A DNA stretch of 64,000 nt from Lama guanicoe (lineage: Eukaryota): contig MU054187.1 of assembly GCA_013239625.1 (NCBI GenBank), positions 3,483,757 through 3,547,756 on the forward strand. Direction: 5' to 3'. Every line of letters begins with the position of its first letter. Within the stretch, counting starts at the first letter, position 1. The position numbers were made by a program, and so were the translations under genes. Below are positions 38,974-55,090 of the stretch, piece after piece. The notes under the pieces are model-generated. The model saw nothing but the letters and a program-made list of their open reading frames with translations. It was not told where the DNA came from and did no database searches.

Positions 38974-41900
38974 TAGTCTCAGGGGAGTATTCCCGCAGCA
39001 GGATCAGAGCACGGCTGCATAATTTAAACGCCAAATCTGTACCATGTGCATGCAAAAAGATCTTGTCAGTTACCTGGGCCTCAAATAATTTTTAGTATGC
39101 TTTGTAATTTAACCCTTTGAAGAGCTTATAAGTGTTTTAGGAATCACCAGGCCACCTATTGTCCAATAAAGGGGCCTTTGGTTGCCTTCTTATGTGTGGA
39201 GATAGTCACCTGGTGGGAAGACCCACTCTTTCTCCGTAAAGACTTACCTGAACTCGTGTGAGTCGGGGCAGGTAGTGATGTTAGGGCAGTCGCCTGGAAG
39301 CAGAAGAAAACGCTGGATTCAAGTCAGAAGCCCGAATAGGTGCCGCTGTGTCCTTTGGTGTGCCGGCTTTATCCCATCTTGTCATTCTATGGTTAATTCA
39401 AAATAGTGGAAGCACTGAAGCTTCATGACTTATCATAGAGAATTAAAAGACTGAAAACACCACATCTAATTCTGCCCCCTAACCTTGGACAGACATCTCT
39501 ACCAACATTTTTATATGAATGATGTGTTTTTTTGATGCATTTGAAAAATGCTTGCCAAAGGAAGAACTAGTATCACATTCCACACAAAAGGGGAACCGAA
39601 CTTTGGATAATTACAACCTTAAATGTGCTTCATTTCAGACCTTACGTCCTTTCCATCTATTCACTCACAATATATATGTACATCTCCCATTGCCTGGATT
39701 TTATGGATTAAATCCACATTTAAGCTGAAAGTGGCTTGTCCCAGGCTAGCCCAAATGCCTTCATTCAGAGTTTTCCTAATTTCTCTAATCTCACGTGTTT
39801 TTAAATGCCTTGCGTTCTAGAAGTGTGTTGTTGTTGTCAGGCCCTCTGCCAGCCCTCTCCCCCACCTCCCCAGTATCCTGCAGGTATGACCTTTGTCGGA
39901 GTCACAGGTCATTGTTGATTCTAGTAAGTCACTGTTGGCCTTCTTAAAAAGAAGTAGAGCTGGAGGGTGAATATATTATGCTATTAATTATCATACAAGA
40001 TATTTCTAGATAAACTGACATTGTGATTTGATACATAGAAACTCAAAATGTATAAGATTATGAATAACTTTAATAATTTAGTGATCATAAATATGTATAA
40101 TATTTAAAAACACATCACACAAACAGGTATAGACATGGGGCTGTACTGTGTAAATATGGTTCATAGGAAATGAAATGATACAAGGAATTGGAGTCACAAA
40201 TGGTTTTCTTATTGTAGACTTCAAAGAGCTCGTAAGAACGGTCTGGCCTGTTCTGGTATCGTGTGCTACAGATCTTACATGCTTTAAAACCCCTAGTGTC
40301 GTGTTTTTTTTAAGTGATAAAAGAAGATGTGCTTTATTCCGAAAAGCGTAGGAAACAAGTACAAACGTACACACCATTTTTCCTCTTATTAAGGGCAAAG
40401 GAGGTTAAACTTTACTTAAGTTAGAAAGCAGACATCATTAGCATGTTGGAATTTCGGCCCCCTCGTGTGTGCGGGAGTGTTGAGTTGTTCCTCCTCTGGT
40501 CACAGGCGCCCTTGCTTATGTTTATGAACCGGTGAGCTGGGCCTCACTCCACGGCCGCAGGTAACGCTCGGCTCCCGCCAGGTGTGCCCAGAGTGCACCC
40601 CTGGACTGATTCCAGGAGATATGACATGATGGTGCTGCTGCACTGATGCAAATTCAACAGCACTTTACGGAAAAGACATTTTAAAGCGCAAGAGTAGTGA
40701 CAGCAGCCGAGTGCACCCACGTGTTCTGGTCTTATAAAAAGTGTCTTAGAGCATTTGTAATTTAAGGACTCTTTGATCTTTGAAAATCAGCTTGCTGCTT
40801 TTGCAGTGATCTCATTAGTGTCTCATTTTTGCCTTGTCTCCTCTAACTCATTTACAGTTGATCATACATTCTGATTATACAAACCCAAATGAGTTTAAAA
40901 ATCAGTATAAAACTTCTTGAAATAAGGGTAAGACGGACCCAAGACTTTCTGATACCAGAAAAATGTGATCCCCCTTCCCCCGTGACACACACAGCTGGAG
41001 ATTTTATGGGCTGACGTTCATCAGAAACTTAGGTGTCAGTACAAACTGTCTTGGTCCTATTGCATTAAATCAATTTAATCAAAGAGAAACACGATTTGTG
41101 GGCAAAAGCCTCCGACAGTGCCTTCCTTACAAGAGGCCCGAGAGGTCTCATACAGCCCCCCGTGGTCACCGAGGGGAGAAGTACTCTTATTTAAAAGGTA
41201 ATGAGGTGACCTTTTGTGCCACCAGACCCTTCCTGATAACTCACTCCCGACTGAAGTAACAGGGGTGCCGTCTGTCCCCGTGGTGGACTCGGGTCAGCCA
41301 CGGGAAGCTGGGTCCGTCAGAACTTGGCCTCAGCTGCTAGGCCCCGAGCCCTGATTGCAGTTTTTTAAAACAAGTCTGGGAGGTGTGGAGATCAGCAGTC
41401 CTGGGCTGGGTGGCATTTCCACGAAGTCACTGGGGCCACAGGCCATGCCATCTTTGGCTCTGCTGTCGCCGGTGACCGGTTTCCCTGGTTGCCGAGACCC
41501 CTGCCGTCACCTGTTTCTAAGCAGAAGGAGGAGGGCGGGGGCAGGAGAGGTGGCCCCGAAGCCCCACAAGGACCTGCTTGTGGCTGCACGCCCGCCCCCA
41601 TCGGCGTAGGAGGCTGGAGAACCGGGAAGCAAAGGCATGCAGCTGGGCACGTTGCCTCCCCGAATAGCATTAGGGTTCTGTTGGCAAATAAGAGGGAGGG
41701 AGATGGTTGGGTCAGCAGCTCGCAGTCCCTGCCCGGAGCCCCGTTCGTTTCCTGCCGCCCCAGCCAATGGCTGCTTGAGAAGGAAGAGCCGGTCACTGGG
41801 CCGTGCAGATGGGGATGCAGCCCTGCAGGGTCCCTCCTCTGTCCTCCTCTCCTTTCCAGCTTCGTAAGTTAGCCAGTCTAAACCTCATGTGCTACTGTTA

Positions 41901-41983
41901 GAAAATGGTGTCACCTAACACATGAGTGTCAGCATAAAAAGCTGAAGGTGACAAGGGTTTTTCTAACAAATACTCTCTTGCAG

Positions 41984-42029
41984 GTTGCGGAATCCCAGCT
42001 TTTACCAGGACAGAGGTTTCAGAATAAAG
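41984..42029 (+). CDS. LYN: LYN exon 3 (46 nt, VAESQLLPGQRFQNK)
   Basis: ctcttgcag|GTTGCG...AATAAAG|gtacgt; phase 0 to 1. Not visible in the ORF track; found by reading the sequence. Confidence 0.95.
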
Positions 42030-42114
42030 GTACGTTTTCATGACAGCCTGGTTGCTTCTTTCCTTTCCTGTTAGAGCCTCGATAGAGTAGTTGTCCTGGG
42101 GGTACTTGCTGACT

Positions 42115-42575
42115 TTTTTAATTGTGGAAAAATACACGTGACATGGCATTTACCGTTGTAACCTTGTCTAAGTGTTCAGTGCGTTAGCATGAAGCACCTT
42201 CACGGTGTTGTGAGCCATCACCTCCATCCTCCAGAACGGTTTCATCTCCCAAGACTGAAACTCTGTCCCCATTAAACACTGACTCCCACCCCTCCTCCTC
42301 CCACCCCTGGTTCCCACCCTTCTACTTTCTGTCTCTGTGAGTGCGACTACTCTGAAGATCTCGCATAAGTGGAATCAAACACGATTTGTCTTTTTGTGGC
42401 TGGCTTATTTCACTTAGCACAGCGTCTGCAGGGTTCACCCATGTTGGAGCGTGTGTCAGAGCTTTCTTCCTTTCTGGGGCTGAGTAATATTCTGTTGTCA
42501 GTGTAGACCACGTTTGGTCGATCCTTTCCTTCGTCAGAGGGTGTTTGGATTGTTTCCTCCTTTTAGCTTTTGAGC
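42115..42575 (-). mobile_element. Old L1 (L1MA/MB-type) 3' end in intron 3
   Basis: ctgaaactctgtccccattaaacact...ggcttatttcacttagcac...ctgagtaatattc. Confidence 0.75.
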
Positions 42576-42712
42576 ATAGGTGCCTCATTTCTTAGACATA
42601 ATGTTGGATGCAGTTGTGGTCGTAGGTCTGTATGCTTTGCAATGACAAGCCCTGTCCCGGTGTGTGCACTGCCTTGCTGACTGTGAGCCACGCCAGCCCC
42701 GAGCCCCACTAG

Positions 42713-42952
<240 letters not shown>

Positions 42953-44224
42953 TAAGTGCCCAGGCACACCGCGCCTGCTGCCCCCTCACTTGGGCGCCGG
43001 GTCCTGCAGCCTGGGCCCCTCGCTTGGCCTCCGGGCCCTCTGTGGCGGCACCAGGCCTCCAGCCTCCTTGCTGCCCCTGGGGAGCAGGCAGAGGGGTTCT
43101 CCTCGTATGCTTTGCTGTGGGCCCTTCCCAAGACTTTCCCCTTTGAAGGCAGATGCTGGTTTCTTTCCTCACCCATCTGTGCTGCCTTAAGAAGTCTGAG
43201 TCCATGTGGAGTCTGCATGTTATTTTAGTGCCATTTTTATTTGGCTATTTTACTCAAAGTCAGCCCGGGTGGTTGGGTCCAGCTGGCTGTGACTCAGCAG
43301 GGTGCCTGGCTGAACCAGCGGTCATCTTGAGAAGGTCCCTGCTAAGCAGTTTTCACCCCTGTGAAGACACTAGGACATCATTTCCTTGACTCCTCCGTGC
43401 TGACTCACAGCCCTGTGTTCCTGCTCAGACCACAGGGCTCAGGACCACGCTGAGAATAAGGAACTCCAGTGTCCTCATCCTAGCTTCCTTCCCTACCAAT
43501 CTTGCATATGGCGTCTCCTTGGCCTGCCAACCAGGAGACCCTTGGTTGTTCAGAGGAGGAACACCCTTATGAGTATAAGGTGTTGAGTGGCTGAGCGCAG
43601 TTATCAGTTACTGGTTGAGTGTGAACTTGAGCCCAGTCCTGGCCTTGCCACTTGATAGCTGTGTGACCTTGACAAACCACTTGAACTTTATGCCTTGGTG
43701 TCTTCACTCCTGAACCAGGAACGGCGGTATGCCCGTCATGAGGTTGATGTGAGGACGGCGTGTGTGCTTATATATAGATGTGGCACAGACATGAAGAGGA
43801 CCACAGCCTAGCGTCAGCCGTGATTGTCCATGTCTTGCAGACGAGGCCCCCGTCTGCCTGTGGGAATCTGCTGGGGACCATAGTTGAGGCTCTCGGGGGC
43901 CACTCCATCCGTCCCTCCCCAGCCCTGACCCCATGTCTCTTGCAGAAGATGAGAGCCTGGTGGCGAGGCCTGCCTGCTTGGGGTTATTTTACGGTTTTCT
44001 ATTTCATTTTTCCATGGTATCTGTCTATGGAAACTAAATATTTTAGCAAAGGAGTTTATATCATGGAAACTCTGGTCCTTAATTCCCTTGATAGCCATTT
44101 CTGACCCCCTTGTTTGGCCGAAAGGAACCACAGGCATCTTCTCAGGTATCCCAGGGGAAGTTGCGAATGTTTTGCTTCTGCAGGATGGAAACCATTTTCA
44201 CCAACTCCTGTTTGGCAACTCTGA

Positions 44225-45339
<1,115 letters not shown>

Positions 45340-45735
45340 TACTGTGTTCCGGTAGTGAACGTTTGATAGTTTGATATAACACGTAGCAAACTCAGGTGAT
45401 TAGTTTTGCTGCTAAAAGTAACATAGAAGCGGACATAATTATGGTCATTTTTTACTGTGCTTTATGTTTACTGAGCCTCTTACATTATTATTTAGAGCAA
45501 ATCTTGAAATTTTAAGAGAGAGAAAAATCAGAATAACTTTCCAATTCAGTGAAATAAAAAAAAAAACCCATCACAGAGAAGTGTTGGTAAGCGTCACGGC
45601 AAACAAACGCTAGCTTTGTTTATCAAGTAGAACTTTATAGGACTTTAGGCACTATATACATGCTTAATTTATAGTTTGCGTATCTTTGTGGCACAATGTG
45701 TACCATGGTGTGTGTAATCCCGATCTGATTTATAA

Positions 45736-45930
<195 letters not shown>

Positions 45931-45984
45931 TAAACACGCGAGGCTGGACAAGAAAAAGTACGTGTACTGTGATAAATACATGGT

Positions 45985-46210
45985 GTCACTTTTTTATATT
46001 AAAATTGCTTGTGTCCCGCAGCCTTACCGAATTCACTGACGAGCTCTGGTAGTTTTCTGGTGGCGCCTTCAGGGTTTTGTGTGTATAGGATGATGTCGTC
46101 TGCAGTGACAGTGACAGCTTTACTTCTTCTTTTCCAGTTTGGATTCCCTTTATTTCTTTTTCTTGTCTGATTGCTGTGGCTAGAACTTCCAACACTATGC
46201 TGAATAAAAT
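45985..46210 (-). mobile_element. L1 ORF2 reverse-transcriptase fragment
   Basis: Minus-strand [28 protein letters not shown], then a frameshifted ADDIILY (FADD region). Confidence 0.88.
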
Positions 46211-47118
46211 TTTTATGCATCATATTTCCTTTGGATAAAGTTGGAGGATCATATTCTAGAATTGGTTCAAAATTGATCTATAAGTATACTTTCAAAGTCA
46301 GATTTGATCTTTGTGAATAATTATCCCAGTCCTTCCTAGCTAGTTCGTGCTGTGTGACAGTTAATATTCCAAAATTACAAAGAGGAAAGTGAACATTATT
46401 TTCACATAGTGAATAGTTTTATAACGCATCTTTAAATATCTGGACTAGGAATGCAGCTTTGTAGAGCTGAGTCCCAGTGTATAGACGCGTATGTGCGTGT
46501 AAAGGTAGCGCGTGCTCTCAGTAAAAGAAAACAAACAACAACAAGAACAGCAAAATATTTGGAAGCGTCTGGTCAGTGGTCCTCCGTCCCCAAGCTCTCC
46601 GGCCCCGCTAAGCTGAGTTCGTGACCAGCCTTTTGGTTCATTCGCTGTGTGTTTGAGGTCAGTTGTGATGGGCAGCTGTTGTTACTGCTTAGTTCTTCAA
46701 CCTGCTGGAAGGGAACACACATTATAAAATTTGCTTTGGACCTCAAATATGAAGGGTGCAGGGACCCCAGATTTTGCGGAGTCCTCCCTCCTGCTCTGTT
46801 ACCCCATCCACTATTCGTCTGGCCTGTGTGCTGAGTGCTTGCGGAAGCGTGGCCCTGTACTGGGACTGGGGACCCCTGGTGACATGACCATGTCCCCACC
46901 AATGTGCCCTGAAGAGCTTACGTGGGCTCAGTAATTAAAATCGTATTTTATTAAGCGTGACAACCTGTCGGCCTTTGTTTATCTGTTCATGTTGATGTTT
47001 TTATTTTTATAGATTAGCATTACTAATAAATAAAATCAAGTATGTCTTAAACTTGTCTTTCATTTAAGAATTTCAGAAGTCGCAATTACACAGACGATAA
47101 CCTCCATAAGCATTTTAG

Positions 47119-47484
<366 letters not shown>

Positions 47485-48514
47485 TAGTTCTGTTTCTCTC
47501 TGTCCAGCTGGTACCAAGAACTAGCCTACAGAATCTACATGATGAGACTCTCCCCTTCCTTGTGACTTGGTTTCTCTTTAAGGAAGGATGTTTATAAGGA
47601 AGGGGGCGGTGGACGTTTATTCTGGTTGCTCGGCCTGCTCTTTGGTGATCCTCTCAGCACCAGATTCTCTGGATACATGCAATGAAGGCAGGAAATGGGC
47701 GTGCATCACAGGGGAAGTTACACCTGGGCGAGGACCATCCTTGCTAGTGGGTTTAATAGGAAACCTCAGATTTACTGCAGTTTCTCACCAAGGAAGTTTC
47801 TGAAGATGCTCAAAGTTCCACCATTAACGAGTCGTTGCTCCCTGTTAAGTATCACCTCCTCAGGCTGGCGAGAGGTCCACCGAAATTCTAGCAGTGTCTT
47901 TCTCTGGGGCAATTCTTTCCACCCCCCTGTCTTTTCTAAAGTTTTTATAGTGAATGTGAATTCCCTTTTCTTTTGTAATAAGAATTTTAAAAAGAACTAT
48001 TTTTTAGTGGATCGTGTTTTCTGCGCCAGCTTCCTGTCAGTGAGAGCAAACTTGATTTCTAAAGAGACGGGGCAGACGGCTTTTAAAACCTGTCCCGCCC
48101 TAGCCCAGCAGAGACGAGACTCTTCAGCCTGCTGCCGCCACGCGGTCACTTCACGTCCAGGGGTCTGCGAGGGGGAGGGTTTTTTCCTTCTAAAATCTTG
48201 GGCCCCTGGGATCACAGCTTTGCCCGTTTTTCTTCTGTTGTCGCTGCTTTAGCCAAAGTATCGTTTAAATACGACTCAGCACGTAATTAATTCTCACTGC
48301 GCTGTGTCTTTGTGAACTTGTGAGCGGATTTCAGGTGACTCACAATTACACAAGGCACATTCTCCACGGGGGTCCGCGTGCATCCCTGGCACTGTTTCCG
48401 GTCCGGTCAGCGGACACAGAGGCGTGAGTGCCCCCTCTGGCTGTGTCTCCGTCCACACTCTGCTGCCCAAACCCTCACAGCCTCCCTCTCTTTTCTCTGT
48501 CCACCCTGTGCTGT

Positions 48515-49105
48515 TTTATTGAAGTAACATTCATGTAACGTAAGATCAGTCATTTTAACTTGAACAGTTCGGTGGCATTTACTGCATTCACGTTCCTGTG
48601 CAACCATCATCTCTGTCCAGTTCCAGAATATTTCCATCACTCCGGAAGGAAACGCTGCACCTGTTAAGCAGACACTCCCTGCTCCCCTCTCCTGGCCCCT
48701 GGACACCGTTCTGTCTGGACACACTTTCCAGCTCTGTGAATGTGGTTCTCTAGGGACCTCGTGTGTAAGTGGCATCATGCAGACATTTGTCTCTTTGTGT
48801 CTGGCTTGTCTCACTCCGCATAACGTCCTCAAGGTTCACCCATGTTGCAGTGTGGGTCAGAATTTCTTCCTCTTCTGCAGGTGAACAGTATTCCATTGTG
48901 TGGCTGTACCACGGTTTATCTGTTCATCCATCGATGGACATTTGGGTTATTTCCACCTTCGGGCTATTGTGAATAATGCTGCTTTGAGCATTTGTGTGGA
49001 CAGATGTTTTCATTTCTCTTGGGTACAGACATCCTCTTAGGGGTGGAATTGCTGGGTCATATGGTATTTCTGTTTAACTTTTCAAGGAACTGTCAAACTG
49101 TTCTC
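48515..49105 (-). mobile_element. Old L1 (L1MB-type) 3' region
   Basis: caaccatcatctctgtccagttccagaatatttccatcact...ggaattgctgggtcatatggta. Confidence 0.78.
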
Positions 49106-49219
49106 TGCTCATTTTTTTTTAAATTGCCACCTTTTTCTCCTGAGGTATTTTCATTTCTTTTCTAATATATTTTTTCCCAAATCCATAGAATAGAGACAGG
49201 AACAGTATAATAATTGTTG

Positions 49220-49298
49220 CATAGCTCAGTGGTAGAGTGTGTGCTTAGCATGCACGAGGTCCTGGGTTTGATCCCCAGCACCTCCATTAAAGAAAAAA
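49220..49298 (+). mobile_element. tRNA-derived SINE (Vic-1-like), short 5'-clipped copy
   Basis: ATAGCTCAGTGGTAGAGTG...GGTTTGATCCCCAGCACCTCCATTAAAGAAAAAA. Confidence 0.82.
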
Positions 49299-51559
49299 TT
49301 GTATACCCTTCATCTAGAGTCACCAGTCCCATTTTGCTGTATTTGCTTTCTCGTTTTCATACGTACACACACACAGCATATTTTATTGTTGGTGTGCAAC
49401 CACTTGCGAATAAGTTGCAGGTGTGATGACCCTTCACCCCTAAGTACTTAGGCAGGTATCTCCAGAGAGCAGGGCCGCCGTCCACACACAGGGCTCACTG
49501 TCAGGAAGTTCCGCGTTGATCCATCCCATCCAGTAGAGAATCTGCATCCGAATTGCCCCCCTTGTCCCTACGACGTCCCGAGGGTGTTGGGACCACGTGG
49601 CTGCCTTCAGCTGACCCGTCTTTAGTCTCCTTGATTCTGGACCGGCACGTCTTCATCTTTCATGGCGCATCAGTCATTCTGTAGAACGCCCCTCGTTTGC
49701 ATTTTCCGACGTTCCCTGTGACTCGCTCAGGTCGTGCCCGTGGGCACGAGTAGCCTCTGAGCACTAAGCAATGCTGTGTCTGCCCACGCCCGTCCAGGGC
49801 ACCGAGTGTTAGTCGGTCCCGTTGTTGCCTGTGTTCTGTTTGATTTGAGGAGATCCACCAGACTTCTCTCTTACAAATGTTACTTTTCAATTCCCGGTTG
49901 TAGCTTACGAATAATCTGTGTGGAGATTCTTTAAAATTGTGTAAACATCCAAAAGCGGTTTCCCCAGATGGTTTCAGCACTCCCTGGCACTGGAATTCTC
50001 TGCCCTCTTAGAGGCCACGGCAGGTGTCTGTGCTCTGACCTCGCTCCCCTGCACGCGTCTGCTCAACCCCCCGGCTCACTCTGGGACCCGGGGACTCTGC
50101 CTTGCCTCCCTGGCCTCCCCTTTCCAGCCTTGTCTCTTCACTGAGCCTATTGGCAGGAAGATGCGGGTTCATGATGACATCTCACTGTCCTCTGGGTCTC
50201 CGAGCCCATCTTGCCTCCCTGCATGTGAGTGAGGGGATGAGAGAGGAGGGGGAGGAGGAGAGAAAAGAACATCCCAGCTACACCATGGAGGTGCATTTTC
50301 ATCCATTATCTCCCGCACTCAGAGCAGTAGCGCTCGCTGTCAGACAGGAACGGCTGTCACCATTTGATCAGAGAAGCAGCTTCCCAGAGTCATTCAAGGC
50401 AGCGGAGAAGCCAGCTGCTCCTGCCTTTCGGAGACCTGAACTCTCTCACTTGCTAAGTTATCTACAAGTTGATTTGACCTCCCTGCCCTCAGTTTCCTCA
50501 TCAGTAAAATGGGCAAACAACCGTGCCATCAGTTGCTGAAGGGAAGAATGAGATTATGTAGCTGAAGCGTTTCCCGTGGAGTCTGGCTCTGTGCAGTCGA
50601 TTTTTATTATTATTTTCATTTCACCATGTTTGACTGTAGTCACTGGAAGCTCCATTTCAGTGGGGGATTTTCCCCCAATTTTAATCATGAGTCCAAACTA
50701 TAAATAATCCAGTTAGACCTTCCTGTGGACATTTGCTGGCAAAGGAGGTGCATATCTGTCTTGCGGAGAAAGCAGAGGGAGCTTCCTGGGCGTCCTTGTC
50801 TGCTCTAACGCAGTAACCCTACCTGGGTAGTGGGCTGTGGAGCCCTGGTCCCACCTCCTGGTGGTCGGCTGAGAAGCCAGGGTAAAGGCATGGAACTGCG
50901 TGCTGTCTGCACCTGCTGGTCTGGGAGGTCACCACTTTGAGGGAGAAGAGACTGTGATAGCCCACTGTGTTTTCTTAATATTTCCTTGAGGGCCCCTAGC
51001 AAGTAGATTGGTGACCTCTTTGCCAGCCCCACGATGGTGGTGCCCCAGGTGCCATTTGCCCGCCGAGTCCGTCCAGTCCGAAGGAGCTGCGGGTGTGAGC
51101 TCATGGGTGCTCAGGGAGAGGCAGCTGGGGTGCTGGGGCGGAGGGGACAGCTAGAAGAACTGCTGCTCAGCTCTGAGCCTCAGAGCCAGTTTCAGTGGCT
51201 CAAGCCTGTGCTGAATTGTCACCTGGAGCTCAAGCACCTTGGTCCATCCTGGGACTGAGGAAACCTCTTTGCTTCCGGTTCCAGATACGTGACGTCCTCC
51301 TGCCCACCTCCACCCTTCCCCAGGCTTCCGCTGCGCCACGTGTGGGATGCTGACACTGATTTTCAAGAATTTGTATTTACCATGGACCCAGGTTCTGCCC
51401 GGGAGAACCTGAGGCTTAGAGGAGAGGAGGATGGGACGTTGGAAAACATGCAGCTGGTCCATCCAGAGTGTCACTTTTTATTTAGAGTATTTGAAAAAGG
51501 GTGAAAATCTCGTACAAATTCATCATTTGTATAGATTTGTTGAGTGTGTGTGTGCACGC

Positions 51560-52450
51560 ATTAAAATACATATAACATAAAATTTACCACCTTCACCATT
51601 TTTAAATGTATAGTTCAGCTCTGGTGTAGATTTTTACATTGTAAAACCAATTTCCAGAACTTTCATCTTGCAGAACTGGATCTCTAAGCTCTGAACAACA
51701 ACTCCCCTCTCCCTCCTCCCAGCCCCAGGTAACCACCATTCCATTGTCTGTTTCTATGAATGTGACTCCTCTAGGAACCTCAAATAAGTGAAATCATACC
51801 GTGTATGTCTTTGTGTGTGTGTGTGACTGGCTTGTTTCATTTCGCCTGATGTCCTCCAGGGTCATCCATGTGTCAGAATTTCCTTCCATTTTAAGGCTGA
51901 ACGTTATTCCATTGAATGTGAACTACACAGTGTATAGATTACCACGTAGTGATTCATAAATGATGGATTTTGTTTATCCGTTCATCCACTGATGGACACT
52001 TGGGCGGCTTCCGCCTTTTGTCTGTTGTGAATGACACTGCCGTGAACATGCGCACACAGCGGTCCCTGAGACCTTTCTCCCAGTTTCTTTGGGTATATAC
52101 CCAGGAGTGGAATTGCTGCATAATATGGCAGATCTGTGTTTGATTTCTTGAGGAACCTCTATACTGCCCTCCATAGTGGCTGCACCAGTGTACATTCCCA
52201 CCAGCAGTGCATAAAGGCTCCAGTTTCTCCACATCACCAGCACTTCTCATTTTCCGGTGGGTTTTTTGTCTATAGTCACCATCCTACTGGATGTCAGGTA
52301 GTGTCTCATTGTGGTTTTGATTTGCATTTCGCTAATGGTTGGTAATGTGGAGCATCTTTTCATGCGTTTATTGGCAATTTCTGTGTCTTCTTTGGAGAAA
52401 TGTCTGTTCAAGCTCTTTGGTCATTTTTAAAATTAGGTCATTTGTTTGAT
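51560..52450 (-). mobile_element. Old L1 (L1MA/MB-type) 3' region
   Basis: Minus-strand AGDVEKLEPLCTAGGNVHWCSH...KPPKCPSVDERINK. Confidence 0.82.
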
Positions 52451-52789
52451 TTGCTAATAATGTTTTAAAAGAGAGAGAGAGCAGAAGCTCATCTGAAATG
52501 GGGGTTGTAATAGAACCTAGCTTTTAGGGGTGGTGTAGAAACTGAATGAGGTGGTGCAGGTAAACACTTAATCCAGCTGACAGCATTTAAGAACTATTGT
52601 TATTACTAAATTTTTGATTTTATTATAAAGATAGTCTGGTAAATTAGAGCAAAGACTTATGAAATAGAAGAGAGAAATTACCCGGGATTTCCCCACTCAG
52701 CATAAGCTGTGTCTTGTTTTTTTTTTTTAATTAAACTTTTTATTTTGAGATCATTAAAGATTCACGTGCAGTTGTCAGAAACAAAACAG

Positions 52790-53285
52790 AAATGAAAACA
52801 TGTGCTCACACACTTTTACACAGATGTTCATAAGAGCATTATTCACAATAGCCAAAGAGTGTAAATAACCAAGATATCCATCAGCTGGTGAATGGATAAA
52901 CAAAATGTGGTATATCCATGCAATGGAATATTACTTAGCAGTAAAAAGACACATGCTACAACATGGATGGCCCTTGAAACCATGATGATAAATGAAAGAA
53001 ACCAGACACAAAGGGCCATGTATGACATGACTCCATTTATGTGAAAAGGCTGGAACGGGCAGGTCTGTAGAGACGAAGTAGATGAACGGTTGCCTCACGT
53101 AGGGGGTTGGGAGGATGGGGTGTGACTGCTGTTGGGTACGGAGTTTCTTTGGGGGCCATGAAGAAGTTCAGTGGTGGATTGTGGTGCTGGTCCCACCAAT
53201 CTGAGGATTCAGAACCTGATGAATTGTGTACTATAAATGGGGAAATGATATGCTATCTGAATTACGCTTTAATAAAGCTATCACA
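52790..53285 (+). mobile_element. Old L1 (L1MB-type) 3' region nested in an antisense L1 fragment
   Basis: gcattattcacaatagccaaa...gaatggataaacaaaatgtggtatatccatgcaatggaatattact...aataaagct. Confidence 0.72.
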
Positions 53286-53468
53286 TATATAGAAGAGATA
53301 ATACAGAGAAACCCCGTGTAGTCTTTATTCAGTTTCCCCCAACAGTAGCATCTTGCCAAACTATAGTGTAATATCACTGCTAGTATATTAATATTGACAG
53401 TTTTTTAATTTTGTTTTTAATTGTTTTGGCTACTTTATGTCATTTGAATTTCCATATAATTTAAAAAA

Positions 53469-53594
53469 TTTTTTCCTTGGAGAGGAGGTAATTAGGTTTA
53501 TTTATTTTTTGGTTTTTAGTGGAGTGCCAGGGACTGAACCCAGGGCCTCGTGCGTGCTACATACACAGTCTACCGCTGAGCTGCATCCTCCCCC
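53469..53594 (-). mobile_element. tRNA-derived SINE (Vic-1-like)
   Basis: Reverse complement of the family head and tail (gaggtaattaggtttattt...ctgaacccaggg...gagctgcatcctccccc). Confidence 0.82.
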
Positions 53595-53640
53595 TATAGT
53601 TGTTTTTTCAATTGTGCTTTTCTCCTTTTAGTTTTGTGTT

Positions 53641-53740
53641 AAAGAAAGAAAAGAAGAAAGGGAGGGGAGGGAGGAAAGAAAGGAAAGAAAGAAGGAAGAT
53701 AGCAAGGAAGGAAAATAAAGAGGAGAAAAGGAAAGAAGTA
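53641..53740 (+). repeat. GA-rich low-complexity polypurine tract
   Basis: About 100 nt that is almost entirely A/G. Confidence 0.85.
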
Positions 53741-55012
53741 GGAGATTTTGCCCTGGGATCTTTTGTGGATATGGTTCTGTGATTTGGTGCCAGCCAGGGA
53801 CCTCCTCCTTAGCTGTTGAAATCATGTCAATATGTCACATGCATCAAGCAGAGGAAGACGGGGAATCCAACTAGAAGAACAGTGATGGGTGATGTGCCAT
53901 GAACCAGGGGTCTAAGGATGCCCCCCTCCCCGTGTGTCTGGACGTCTTATCCTGACTGAGGACCGGGTGTATAGCCAGGTCTGCGCAACGTCTCAAGGGA
54001 TAAGTGGGCTAGCTTTTCTCATCGATAGAAAACGGACAACAAATTAGAAATTGTGTCCCTGTTAACCAAGCGAGTGAAGATTTTCACAAGCGTGAGAAAT
54101 GGTTCTTTGACTACCAGTCGCATGTTGTGGTCTGGATTCTTTTGGCCTGAAGCACAGTGGACAAATACTAGGAAGTGGCCTGTTCGGGGGGAGCAGGGGG
54201 TTAGGGATAACAGAGAGGAGTGTCTCCCTCAAGCTGTTTCCTCTTGTCCCTGTGATCCTTTGGCATCTGGCTTGGCGACACGTTTTCCTCCACGGGTTGT
54301 TGGATTCCGAGGGAACTGACCCATCTGTGACGCGAGGGGTAATGTTTCCTGTTACCAGTCGGTCTCTAAAGAGACTTTGTCAAAGAAAGTAAACTTATTC
54401 TGAATTGATTTTGCGTGATAAATTTTCACTGGAGCCAACTGCACTGACATTAACCACCAGCCAACTTTGAAAATCAAGTACACGCATCTTTTCTGTAAAC
54501 CACTCTCCGTTTTGTGATAGTAAGTTAGGCGCTTCGTAACAAGCCGGTCACAGCTGGAGTTGGACTTTCCTAAATTGTCACATCGGCTTTCTTTACCTGT
54601 GGCAGGGTGGCATCCCAGGAGGAGTTACTTAAACCTTCAAAAGATTTTTTGAAAGATCACGTTTCCATCTGTAGTACCAACCCCAGTCTCTGTGGCTGCG
54701 TTCGCTGAGCCTGCACACTGCTGGGGAATAGCTTGGTAAAGGACCAGTCAATCCTTAGCGCTGAATAAAAACCGTGCCTTTAGCGCAAATGGAAACCTGC
54801 CCTGTTGTTCAAAAACCCCAGCCCTCGGGGACCATCGAGCGGAAGCTGCTGCCATTCTGGCGCTGTGTGACACAGCTGTTTTATTCACTGTGATCTCCGG
54901 CTCCTTATCAGCATTTTAAATATCTTTAGCAGCTGCAGTATTTCCGGATCATTTTTTTCCCCTACACTTGGAAAGCATTTTTTTTTCCTTCATCCTTTAT
55001 CCATAATTTTAT

Positions 55013-55090
55013 TTTATTTTACTGGGGATTGAACCCAGGACCTCGTGCATGCTAAGTACGCACTCTACCACTGAGCTATACCCTGCCCCC
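55013..55090 (-). mobile_element. tRNA-derived SINE (Vic-1-like, short) with 12-bp TSD
   Basis: CCATAATTTTAT at 55001-55012 and 55093-55104. Confidence 0.85.
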